This document shows positions 1 through 6,510 of a stretch of 15,303 bases of DNA, one piece after another. The notes under the pieces were generated by a model. It had not been told where the DNA came from. It worked only from the letters and a program-made list of their open reading frames with translations, and made no database searches. Source of the DNA: Oscillospiraceae bacterium (lineage in GTDB: Bacteria; Bacillota; Clostridia; Oscillospirales; Oscillospiraceae); the NCBI GenBank assembly GCA_963642815.1, contig CAVIIB010000011.1, positions 6,621 through 21,923 on the forward strand, written 5' to 3'. The position numbers and the translations under genes were made by a program. Positions within the stretch are counted from its first letter, which is position 1, and every line of letters begins with the position of its first letter.

Positions 1-385
1 GGCATACCTCCGCCTCCGAAAACTGCCCGTCCCGCCGCGCCCCGGTCAGGAACGCGCCGAGCCTCGCCTCCGTGAGCGCACCGGTATTCAGAAGCTGTCC
101 GGCCAGCGCCGTGACCGCGCTCGTGTGATCGGAGGCGCGGAGGCGACCGGCGTGGCGAAAGGCCGCCATTGCCTGTGACGCGGCCTCGCGGGCGAGCCAT
201 GCGTTGTCGGCGTACCATGCGCCGCCCTCCGCCTCGCGCCCTAGGGCAAGGACGGCGCGGAGCGCCCGCCTTATGCGCCGCGCCTCCCGCCTTCCGCTTG
301 TTTTTCCACGCACAGGAAGCTCCTGCGCAGCCCGCTCGCCGTAGGCGGCGAGTGCATCCGTTCTTATCATATCCATACCGCTCAT
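1..385 (-). CDS. hypothetical protein, N-terminal fragment running off the left edge
   Basis: Not in the supplied track because no stop lies inside the window. Reading the minus strand from ATG (complement of 383-385) gives MSGMDMIRTDALAAYGERAAQELPVRG...AWYADNAWLAREAASQAMAAF...GQFSEAEV, open for 128 codons to position 1. Third codon positions are G/C-rich like neighbouring genes. It is divergent from the ylxM-ffh promoter. No family was recognised with certainty. Confidence 0.4.
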   Translation of the reverse strand, partial: MSGMDMIRTDALAAYGERAAQELPVRGKTSGRREARRIRRALRAVLALGREAEGGAWYADNAWLAREAASQAMAAFRHAGRLRASDHTSAVTALAGQLLNTGALTEARLGAFLTGARRDGQFSEAEVC

Positions 386-414
386 TTTGCCCTGCCTGCT
401 TGGAAATATTCTGC

Positions 415-443
415 TTGACAAACGGGCGCGTGTTTAGTATGAT
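415..443 (+). promoter_or_regulatory. sigma-70-type promoter of the ylxM-ffh operon
   Basis: TTGACA at 415-420, a 17-nt spacer, then TATGAT at 438-443. It lies about 40 nt upstream of the ylxM start, which has a GGAGGG RBS at 474-479. Confidence 0.5.
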
Positions 444-483
444 AAGTAGGCTGTAAAGTATTTTTCCTTAACAGGAGGGCGCG

Positions 484-816
484 ATGGACGACAACACGGT
501 CACAAGGGCGCTTCTCTTTGACTTCTACGGCGAGCTTCTGACGGACAAGCAGAAGGAATACTTCGACCTCCGCTACAACGAGGACTACTCCCTCTCGGAG
601 ATTGCGGAGCTCGGCGGCCTGACCCGTCAGGGCGTGTGGGACATCCTCCGCCGTGCGGAGGAAAGTATGCGCCATATAGAGGAAAAGACCGGCATCGTCC
701 GCCGCTATTTGGAGCGTCGGGCGGCTATCGCCTCGATCCGGCGGGAGCTGGACGGGCTTTTGCCGGAAAACGACACGACCCGGTCACTTTTGACCCGTCT
801 GGATGGACTGTTATAA
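484..816 (+). CDS. ylxM: YlxM/UPF0122 small helix-turn-helix protein (putative SRP-operon DNA-binding protein)
   Basis: 110-aa ORF containing LLFDFYGELLTDKQKEYFDLRYNEDYSLSEIAELGGLTRQGVWDILRRAE, a sigma-70 region-4-like HTH typical of YlxM. It sits immediately upstream of and overlaps ffh (TAATG at 814-818), the canonical Firmicutes arrangement. Confidence 0.9.
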   Translation: MDDNTVTRALLFDFYGELLTDKQKEYFDLRYNEDYSLSEIAELGGLTRQGVWDILRRAEESMRHIEEKTGIVRRYLERRAAIASIRRELDGLLPENDTTRSLLTRLDGLL

Positions 817-2162
817 TGGCTTTTGAGGGATTATCCGACAAACTCAATAACGTATTCAAAAAGCTGCGCGGCAAGGGCCGCCTGAGCGAGGGCGACATCA
901 AGGAGGCCATGCGCGAGGTAAAGCTCGCGCTGCTCGAAGCCGACGTGAGCTACAAGGTCGTCAAGGACTTTGTAAAGACCGTCTCGGAAAAGGCCGTGGG
1001 TGAGGAGATACTGGAAAGCCTCAGTCCGGCACAGGCCGTGGTCGGCGTGGTCAACCGTGAGCTGACGGCGCTGATGGGCGGCGAGAATGTAAAGCTCAAC
1101 TTCGGCTCGAAGACCCCGGCGGTCATCATGCTCGTCGGACTTCAGGGCGCGGGCAAGACGACGAACGGCGCAAAGCTCGCCGCGCTGGTGAAGAAGCAGC
1201 AGAACAAGCGTCCGCTGCTTGCCGCCTGCGACGTGTACCGCCCCGCCGCCATCCGCCAGCTTGAGACCGTCGGCGCACAGCTTGACATCCCCGTGTTCCA
1301 GATGGGGCAGTCCGACCCCGTTGACATCGCCCGCGCTGCGGTGGAGCACGCAAAGCGCCACGGCAATGACGTGGTGTTCCTCGATACCGCCGGTCGTCTC
1401 CACATCGACGAGCAGCTTATGGATGAGCTCAAGAACATCAAGACCGCCGTGCAGCCCTCGGAGATACTGCTGGTGGTGGATGCCATGACGGGACAGGATG
1501 CCGTGAATGCGGCGGCTGCGTTCGATGAGGCGCTTGGCATTGACGGCGTTATGCTCACAAAGCTCGACGGCGATGCCCGCGGCGGTGCGGCGCTCTCCGT
1601 CCGTGCGGTCACGGGAAAGCCCATCAAATTCGCCGGAACGGGCGAAAAGCTTGACGCGATCGAGGTCTTCCACCCCGAACGTATGGCGAGCCGTATCCTC
1701 GGTATGGGCGACGTGCTGACCCTCATCGAAAAGGCGGAGCAGGCCGTCGATGAGAAAAAGGCCGCGGAGATGGCGGAGAAGCTGATGAAAAACCGCTTCA
1801 CGCTCACGGACTACCTCGAACAGATGGACTCCCTCAAAAATATGGGCGACCTTGAGGACATCATGGGCATGATCCCCGGCATGGACGCGAAGCAGCTCAA
1901 GGGCGCAAAGGTCGATGAAAAGGCCATGGCACGAACCCGTGCCATTATCCTCTCCATGACCCCGCAGGAGCGGGATAACCCCTCCATCCTCAACGCCTCA
2001 CGCAAAAAGCGTATCGCGGCGGGCGCGGGCACGAGCGTCGTGGAGATAAACCGCCTCCTCAAGGGCTTTGACGCGATGGGCGCGATGGTGCGCCAGATGT
2101 CCGGCTCCGGCGGACGGAAAATGCGCCGCATGGCGAAGAAAAAAGGAATGTTCGGTTTCTAA
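816..2162 (+). CDS. ffh: signal recognition particle protein Ffh
   Basis: The start is taken at ATG 816 ([19 protein letters not shown]), in frame with track ORF 636..2162. The upstream 60 codons overlap ylxM and look non-native. SRP GTPase motifs are present: [20 protein letters not shown]. The M domain is Met-rich ([14 protein letters not shown]) and the C-terminal tail is basic. Confidence 0.95.
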   Translation: MAFEGLSDKLNNVFKKLRGKGRLSEGDIKEAMREVKLALLEADVSYKVVKDFVKTVSEKAVGEEILESLSPAQAVVGVVNRELTALMGGENVKLNFGSKTPAVIMLVGLQGAGKTTNGAKLAALVKKQQNKRPLLAACDVYRPAAIRQLETVGAQLDIPVFQMGQSDPVDIARAAVEHAKRHGNDVVFLDTAGRLHIDEQLMDELKNIKTAVQPSEILLVVDAMTGQDAVNAAAAFDEALGIDGVMLTKLDGDARGGAALSVRAVTGKPIKFAGTGEKLDAIEVFHPERMASRILGMGDVLTLIEKAEQAVDEKKAAEMAEKLMKNRFTLTDYLEQMDSLKNMGDLEDIMGMIPGMDAKQLKGAKVDEKAMARTRAIILSMTPQERDNPSILNASRKKRIAAGAGTSVVEINRLLKGFDAMGAMVRQMSGSGGRKMRRMAKKKGMFGF

Positions 2163-2211
2163 TAACCGCATTTATACACAAAAATTTATTTATTTTTTGG
2201 AGGAAACAAGC

Positions 2212-2457
2212 ATGGTCAAGATCCGTTTGAAGAGACAGGGCGCGAAGAAGGCCCCCTATTACCGTATCGTGGTGGCTGACAGCCGCGCTCCGCGTGATGG
2301 TCGCAACATCGAGGAGATCGGCACCTACGATCCTCTGGCTGACCCCGTCGCCATCAAGATCGACATGGAGCGTGCCAAGTACTGGCTCGCCAACGGCGCT
2401 CAGCCCACCGACACGGTTCGCGGACTGCTGAAAAAGGCTGAAGCAAAGGCCGAATAA
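2212..2457 (+). CDS. rpsP: 30S ribosomal protein S16 (bS16)
   Basis: The start is taken at ATG 2212 ([41 protein letters not shown]), with a GGAGGA RBS at 2199-2204. The longer track ORF from 2068 overlaps the ffh 3' end. Confidence 0.95.
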   Translation: MVKIRLKRQGAKKAPYYRIVVADSRAPRDGRNIEEIGTYDPLADPVAIKIDMERAKYWLANGAQPTDTVRGLLKKAEAKAE

Positions 2458-2468
2458 GGAGCCTTTGG

Positions 2469-2699
2469 ATGAAAGAACTTCTGACCTATATGGTGCAGAG
2501 CCTCGTGGATCATCCCGACGAGGTCTCTGTTGTCGAGCGCGAGACCGCCGGTGAGACCGTGTACGAGGTGCGCGTGGCCGACGGGGATATGGGCAAGGTC
2601 ATCGGCCGTCAGGGTCGCATCGTTCGCCAGATCCGCGTTTTGATGAAAGCCCAAGCCCAGCGGCAGGGCAAGAAGGTATCCGTTGAGATACTCGATTAA
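2469..2699 (+). CDS. khpA: KH-domain RNA-binding protein (UPF0109; KhpA/YlqC-like)
   Basis: 76-aa ORF with the G-x-x-G KH signature in DMGKVIGRQGRIVRQIR. It occupies the canonical position between rpsP and rimM, with an AAGGAG RBS at 2455-2460. Confidence 0.85.
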   Translation: MKELLTYMVQSLVDHPDEVSVVERETAGETVYEVRVADGDMGKVIGRQGRIVRQIRVLMKAQAQRQGKKVSVEILD

Positions 2700-3185
2700 G
2701 TGAAGAAGCAATATTTAGAGGCGGGAAGGATCGTCAACACCCACGGCGTCCGGGGCGAGGTCAAGATCGAGCCATGGGCGGATGAGGCGGCGTTCCTTAC
2801 CCGCTTCAAGCGTTTTTATATGGACGGCAGGGTCGTCGCGGTGCGCTCGTGCCGGGTGCATAAGTCGCTGGTGATCGCCGCGCTCGACGGCGTGGACGAC
2901 ATCAACGCGGCCATGGCGCTCAAGGGACGGGTCATCTTCATCGACCGCGACGATGCCCATCTTCCGAACGGAACGGTCTTTCGTCAGGATATTCTTGGTG
3001 CAAGGGTTGTGGATGAGTCCGGGCGGGAGTTGGGTGTGCTTGCCGATGTGCTGGACGAGCCTGCCTCGTCCGTGCTGGTCGTGAGGGGAGAGCGGGAGAT
3101 ACTCATTCCCGACGTACCGGCCTTCGTGCTGAAAAAGGATGCGGATGAATGTGTCGTCACCGTCCGCCTCATCGAGGGTATGTGA
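2700..3185 (+). CDS. rimM: 16S rRNA processing protein RimM
   Basis: GTG start directly after the KH-protein stop. The N-terminal GRIVNTHGVRGEVKIEPW motif is typical of RimM and a PRC-barrel-like C-terminus follows. It sits in the conserved position upstream of trmD. Confidence 0.9.
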   Translation: MKKQYLEAGRIVNTHGVRGEVKIEPWADEAAFLTRFKRFYMDGRVVAVRSCRVHKSLVIAALDGVDDINAAMALKGRVIFIDRDDAHLPNGTVFRQDILGARVVDESGRELGVLADVLDEPASSVLVVRGEREILIPDVPAFVLKKDADECVVTVRLIEGM

Positions 3186-4451
3186 ATGAAGATAGACATA
3201 CTGACCCTGTTCCCGGACGCGGTGATGCCCATGCTGTCGAGCTCCATTCTGGGGCGTGCGGCCAAAAAGGGAATACTGGACATCCACGCCGTCCAGATAC
3301 GGGACTACACCGAAAACAAGCAGCAGCAGGTGGACGATTACCCCTACGGTGGCGGCTGGGGCTGCGTCATGATGGCGCAGCCGCTCAAATCCTGCCTTGA
3401 CGATGTTGCCGCGAAAGCGGGCGAGCTGCGCCGCCGCGTCATCTATCTGTCGCCGCAGGGAAAGCCCTTTGACCAGAACGAGGCGCGTCGCCTTGTCCGC
3501 GACTATGACCACCTTGTTCTCGTCTGCGGTCACTATGAGGGCGTGGACGAGCGCTTTATCGAAAAATGCTGTGATGAGGAGCTGTCGCTGGGCGATTTCG
3601 TCCTCACCGGCGGCGAGATCGCGGCCATGGCCGTGACGGACTGCGTGTGCCGGATGGTGCCGGGTGTGTTGTCCGACCCGGAGTGCTATGAGGGCGAGAG
3701 CCATTGGGACGGTCTGCTTGAATACCCGCAGTACACGCGCCCGGAGACATGGGAGGGCATGGAGGTGCCGCCCGTGCTGCGCTGCGGCGACCATGCGGAG
3801 GTGGCGGTGTGGCGGCGTGAGCAGCAGCTCATCCGCACCCAACAAAAGCGCCCCGATATGTTTGAGCGCTTCCAGCCGCAAACAAAGGAGGAAAAGCGTG
3901 TGTATGACAAGCTGACGGGACGGGAAAGGCTCGTGTACGACTGCCGTAAGGCGACGCTGGACGACATGGACGCGCTGCTGGCGCTCGGTGCGGCGGGCTC
4001 GGCCTATCTGCGCGAAAACGGCGTGGATCAGTGGCAGGACAATTTCCCGAACGCGGAGGTTTTTGCCCGCGACATCGAAAAGGGAAACTGCTGGCTGTTC
4101 GCGCATGAGGGGACACCCGCCGGTGTGATCGTCGTGTATTTGGAGCCAGACCCCGACTATCCCGCCATCGAGGGCAAGTGGCTGACGGAGGGTACGCCCT
4201 ACGGCGTGATACACCGCGCCGCCATCGCGGCGGCGTACCGCGGACGCGGTCTCGCGGGCGAGATGTTCTCGCTGGCCGAGGACATCATTCTCGGCTCCGG
4301 CTTTCCCTCGGCGCGTGTGGACACGCATGAGGACAATCGCGTCATGCGGCATATACTGGAGCGTCGGGGCTATACACCCTGCGGCGTTGTCTATCTCCAC
4401 CACGGCGGAGAAAGCTGCAAGCGCCGCATTGGATACGAAAAGCTGTTTTGA
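3186..4451 (+). CDS. trmD: tRNA (guanine37-N1)-methyltransferase TrmD fused to a C-terminal GNAT-type N-acetyltransferase domain
   Basis: Single uninterrupted 421-aa ORF. Residues 1 to about 240 carry TrmD signatures: DDYPYGGGWG, LSPQGKPF, CGHYEGVDER, SLGDFVLTGGE. Residues from about 250 to 421 look like a GNAT fold, with the acetyl-CoA motif RGRGLA (nt 4239-4256) in AAYRGRGLAGEMFS and a C-terminal HEDNRVMRHILERRGY segment. ATG 3186 abuts the rimM stop (TGAATG). Confidence 0.9.
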   Translation: MKIDILTLFPDAVMPMLSSSILGRAAKKGILDIHAVQIRDYTENKQQQVDDYPYGGGWGCVMMAQPLKSCLDDVAAKAGELRRRVIYLSPQGKPFDQNEARRLVRDYDHLVLVCGHYEGVDERFIEKCCDEELSLGDFVLTGGEIAAMAVTDCVCRMVPGVLSDPECYEGESHWDGLLEYPQYTRPETWEGMEVPPVLRCGDHAEVAVWRREQQLIRTQQKRPDMFERFQPQTKEEKRVYDKLTGRERLVYDCRKATLDDMDALLALGAAGSAYLRENGVDQWQDNFPNAEVFARDIEKGNCWLFAHEGTPAGVIVVYLEPDPDYPAIEGKWLTEGTPYGVIHRAAIAAAYRGRGLAGEMFSLAEDIILGSGFPSARVDTHEDNRVMRHILERRGYTPCGVVYLHHGGESCKRRIGYEKLF

Positions 4452-4457
4452 TACGCG

Positions 4458-4479
4458 CCGCCCGCCCAACGGCGGGCGG
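4458..4479 (+). terminator. GC-rich hairpin downstream of trmD-GNAT (weak or partial terminator)
   Basis: Perfect 9-bp stem, CCGCCCGCC (4458-4466) with GGCGGGCGG (4471-4479), and loop CAAC. The downstream T-tract is poor (TGTTCCTT), so termination efficiency is uncertain. Confidence 0.35.
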
Positions 4480-4498
4480 TGTTCCTTGGAGGTGGAGC

Positions 4499-5119
4499 AT
4501 GGAGGAATTTCAGCTTGCGCTGGAGCTGATCGGTGCGGCGGCCTTTGCCGTGTCCGGCGCGGCGCTCGGCATACAGAAGAACATGGATATGCTCGGCGTT
4601 GCCATGATGGGCATGACGACGGCGGTCGGCGGCGGTATGCTGCGCGACGTGCTGCTCGGTATCACGCCGCCCTCGGCGCTGCTCGACCCGACACAGGCGC
4701 TGCTTGCCATCGTTGTGTCGCTGCTGCTGTTCCTGCTGCACCGGCGCTGGAATATTACGACGGACAATCGCGCCACGGAGATGGCGCTCCGCTTGACTGA
4801 CTCCATCGGTCTCGGTATCTTCACCGCCCACGGTGTCCTCGTCTGTGAGAGCGCCGGCATGGGGGATCGGATATTCCTCACGCTGTTTCTGTCCGTACTC
4901 ACGGGCGTGGGCGGCGGTCTCTTGCGGGATGTGTGCTGCATGGAGAAGCCATACATCTTCACCAAGCACTTCTACGCCTGCGCCTCGCTGGCGGGTGCGG
5001 CGCTCTGCCTTGCGCTGTGGTCGTTCGGCGCTACGCTCGCCATGCTCTCCGGCAGTGCCTTGACCGTCGTGCTCCGCCTCTGCGCGGCGCATTTCCGTTG
5101 GAGCTTGCCCAAGGCGTAA
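4499..5119 (+). CDS. UPF0126/TRIC-family (trimeric intracellular cation channel-like) membrane protein
   Basis: The start is taken at ATG 4499 (MEEFQLALELIGAAAFAVSGA), with a GGAGGTGGAG RBS at 4488-4497. The two halves are internally duplicated, with glycine-rich motifs TTAVGGGMLRDVLLG and LTGVGGGLLRDV characteristic of this family. The TTG at 4448 in the track would translate the upstream hairpin. Confidence 0.8.
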   Translation: MEEFQLALELIGAAAFAVSGAALGIQKNMDMLGVAMMGMTTAVGGGMLRDVLLGITPPSALLDPTQALLAIVVSLLLFLLHRRWNITTDNRATEMALRLTDSIGLGIFTAHGVLVCESAGMGDRIFLTLFLSVLTGVGGGLLRDVCCMEKPYIFTKHFYACASLAGAALCLALWSFGATLAMLSGSALTVVLRLCAAHFRWSLPKA

Positions 5120-5132
5120 CGCGAATACGAAA

Positions 5133-5170
5133 GCTCCTCACCACCAGACGCGGCGGTGAGGAGCGTTTTT
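5133..5170. terminator. bidirectional intrinsic terminator between convergent genes
   Basis: 10-bp stem, GCTCCTCACC (5133-5142) with GGTGAGGAGC (5155-5164), followed by TTTTT (5166-5170) on the plus strand. On the minus strand the hairpin follows the stop of the 168-aa gene directly and is followed by TTTCGTATT. Confidence 0.6.
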
Positions 5171-5675
5171 ATGTGGGCAGCGCCTTGTATCGGAGGCTCG
5201 TTTCGCCGAGCTCCATGAGGATGGGCGCGAGCTCGTCTGCGTCCCAGTCCTCGCCGAGGATGAAGAGCGCCCTGCCAAAGAAGCGGTCAAGCGTCTCGTC
5301 GGGATGAGCGAGCGCAGCGGCACGGAGCGCGAGGCTCTGCAAGCCGAGAAGCAAAGCGGCGCGTAGTCCCCGTGCGCCGTCCGGCGCGTTATTGAGCTGT
5401 CCCATGTCGAAGTCGGCCACACGCCCACAGGGGGAGGGGCAGACGGCGCAGTCGGGCATGAGCCGCGTTTTCTCCGCGTGTACGCGGTCGATGAGGGCGC
5501 GGAGCGCCGCCTTGTTATGGTGGTCGTCCGGCACGGTGGCAGACAGCCCCTCGATCATCAGCCGCCATGTCTCCGCCGTTGCCAGCGTGTCGCCGTCGGC
5601 GGCTCGCGCCAGTCCGATGAGCGCCCCGGTCAGCGTGTCGCGCAGCGTCGGGAGCGCGGTGGTATCGCTCGTCAT
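5169..5675 (-). CDS. hypothetical 168-aa protein with a CxxCxxxC motif, coupled to the upstream Fe-S protein
   Basis: Its ATG (5675-5673) is separated by a single nucleotide from the TGA of the upstream gene (5679-5677). It contains the motif DCAVCPSPCGR and two helical-looking halves (LRDTLTGALIGLARAA... and LRAALLLGLQSLALRAAA...DETLDRFFGRALF). The antisense plus-strand ORF 5392..6408 has no recognisable motifs. Confidence 0.65.
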   Translation of the reverse strand: MTSDTTALPTLRDTLTGALIGLARAADGDTLATAETWRLMIEGLSATVPDDHHNKAALRALIDRVHAEKTRLMPDCAVCPSPCGRVADFDMGQLNNAPDGARGLRAALLLGLQSLALRAAALAHPDETLDRFFGRALFILGEDWDADELAPILMELGETSLRYKALPT

Positions 5676-5676
5676 A

Positions 5677-6387
5677 TCAGTCGAGCAGCCGTCCGTCCGT
5701 GGAGACGGTCACGACCTGCCACGGGAGGAACTTCCCGCTCCGCTGTATCGCGGTCTTGGTCGCAAGCTCCAGACCGCCGCAGCAGGGAACCTCCATGCGC
5801 ACGATGGTCACGTCGCGGATGTCGTTGCTTCGGATGATTTCCGTGAGCTTTTCGGAATAGTCCACGCCGTCCAGCTTGGGGCAGCCGACAAGGGTAATGC
5901 GCCCCTTGATGAAGCGTTCGTGGAACGCGGCGTAGGCGTAGGCGGTGCAGTCGGCGGCGATGAGCAGCTTTGCGCCGTCAAAATACGGCGCGTTCACCGG
6001 CGCGAGCTTGATCTGCACCGGCCACTGGGACAGGCGGCTGACCGGCTCGGCATGGGCAAGCTCCGGCGCGGCACAGGCCGTGTGCTCTATCGTCCGCGAC
6101 TGGCTTCCCGGACAGCCGCAGGGCAGTGTCGCGCCCTCGGTCTGCATTTTGCGCTGCTTATTCGCAAGCACCGCCTTTTCGTCATAGGCCGCAGCCTCGC
6201 GCTCCACAAAGGCGATAGCGCCGGTGGGACAGGTGGGGAGGCAGTCGCCCAGCCCGTCGCAGTAGTCGTCGCGCATGAGCCGCGCCTTGCCGTTCACGAT
6301 GGCAATCGCGCCCTCATGACAGGCGGCGGCACACGCGCCGCAGCCGTTGCATTTTTCCTCGTTGATTTCAATGATACGCCTTTTCAT
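5677..6387 (-). CDS. 4Fe-4S dicluster-domain protein with a Cys-rich C-terminal domain
   Basis: The N-terminus has a ferredoxin motif, CNGCGACAAACHEG (CxxCxxCxxxC), and a second variant motif, CDGLGDCLPTCP (CxxLxxCxxxCP, middle Cys replaced). The C-terminal half has further Cys clusters: CGCPGS, GCPKLD, VPCCGG. An AAGGGGG RBS lies upstream of ATG 6387. Confidence 0.85.
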   Translation of the reverse strand: MKRRIIEINEEKCNGCGACAAACHEGAIAIVNGKARLMRDDYCDGLGDCLPTCPTGAIAFVEREAAAYDEKAVLANKQRKMQTEGATLPCGCPGSQSRTIEHTACAAPELAHAEPVSRLSQWPVQIKLAPVNAPYFDGAKLLIAADCTAYAYAAFHERFIKGRITLVGCPKLDGVDYSEKLTEIIRSNDIRDVTIVRMEVPCCGGLELATKTAIQRSGKFLPWQVVTVSTDGRLLD

Positions 6388-6417
6388 AACAGAACCCCCT
6401 TAAATTAGTATTCCATG

Positions 6418-6450
6418 AAAAAACGGTGCCGGTCTTGCGACGCGGCACCG
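6418..6450 (-). terminator. intrinsic terminator of the 798-aa secreted-protein gene
   Basis: On the minus strand an 8-bp stem forms between CGGTGCCG (complement of 6443-6450) and CGGCACCG (complement of 6424-6431), with an 11-nt loop. It is followed by TTTTTT (complement of 6418-6423). It lies about 60 nt downstream of the stop at 6511. Confidence 0.7.
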
Positions 6451-6510
6451 CTTTGTTCTCTGCCGTGGGGCGCATAAGCGTCGCTTTCACGTCCCACAGC
6501 CGGTTTTTGC

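Noticed and set aside
169-456. 95-aa plus-strand ORF at the left edge
   Set aside because: It is extremely Arg/Pro/Ala-rich (RRTMRRPPPRALGQGRRGAP), has no RBS, and runs through the ylxM promoter. The opposite-strand frame looks more protein-like.
636-815. N-terminal 60-codon extension of the ffh ORF (track start 636)
   Set aside because: It overlaps ylxM in another frame with non-native-looking sequence (PPPCGGKYAPYRGKDRHRPP). Ffh proteins begin with MAFExLSxKL, which is found at ATG 816.
831-1807. 280-aa and 221-aa minus-strand ORFs inside ffh
   Set aside because: They are antisense shadows of ffh with no motifs.
2715-4469. 584-aa minus-strand ORF spanning rimM and trmD
   Set aside because: It is antisense to two genes with unambiguous RimM and TrmD/GNAT motifs. 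Long open antisense frames are expected in high-GC coding DNA, and no family features are present.
4448-4498. TTG start at 4448 for the TRIC-family gene (track annotation)
   Set aside because: The extra 17 codons would translate the GC hairpin and overlap the trmD stop. ATG 4499 has a well-spaced GGAGGTGGAG RBS, and the family's first transmembrane helix starts right there.
4391-5092. 233-aa minus-strand ORF, and the plus-strand ORF 4315..4800
   Set aside because: They overlap the TRIC-family gene and the trmD end in wrong frames. They are Arg/Gly/His-rich with no membrane or domain features.
5392-6408. 338-aa plus-strand ORF, with the nested ORFs 5478..5837 and 5945..6187
   Set aside because: These are antisense to the Fe-S gene pair. 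The minus-strand frames carry canonical ferredoxin Cys motifs and tight coupling, whereas the plus frame is Ala/Arg/Gly-rich without motifs.
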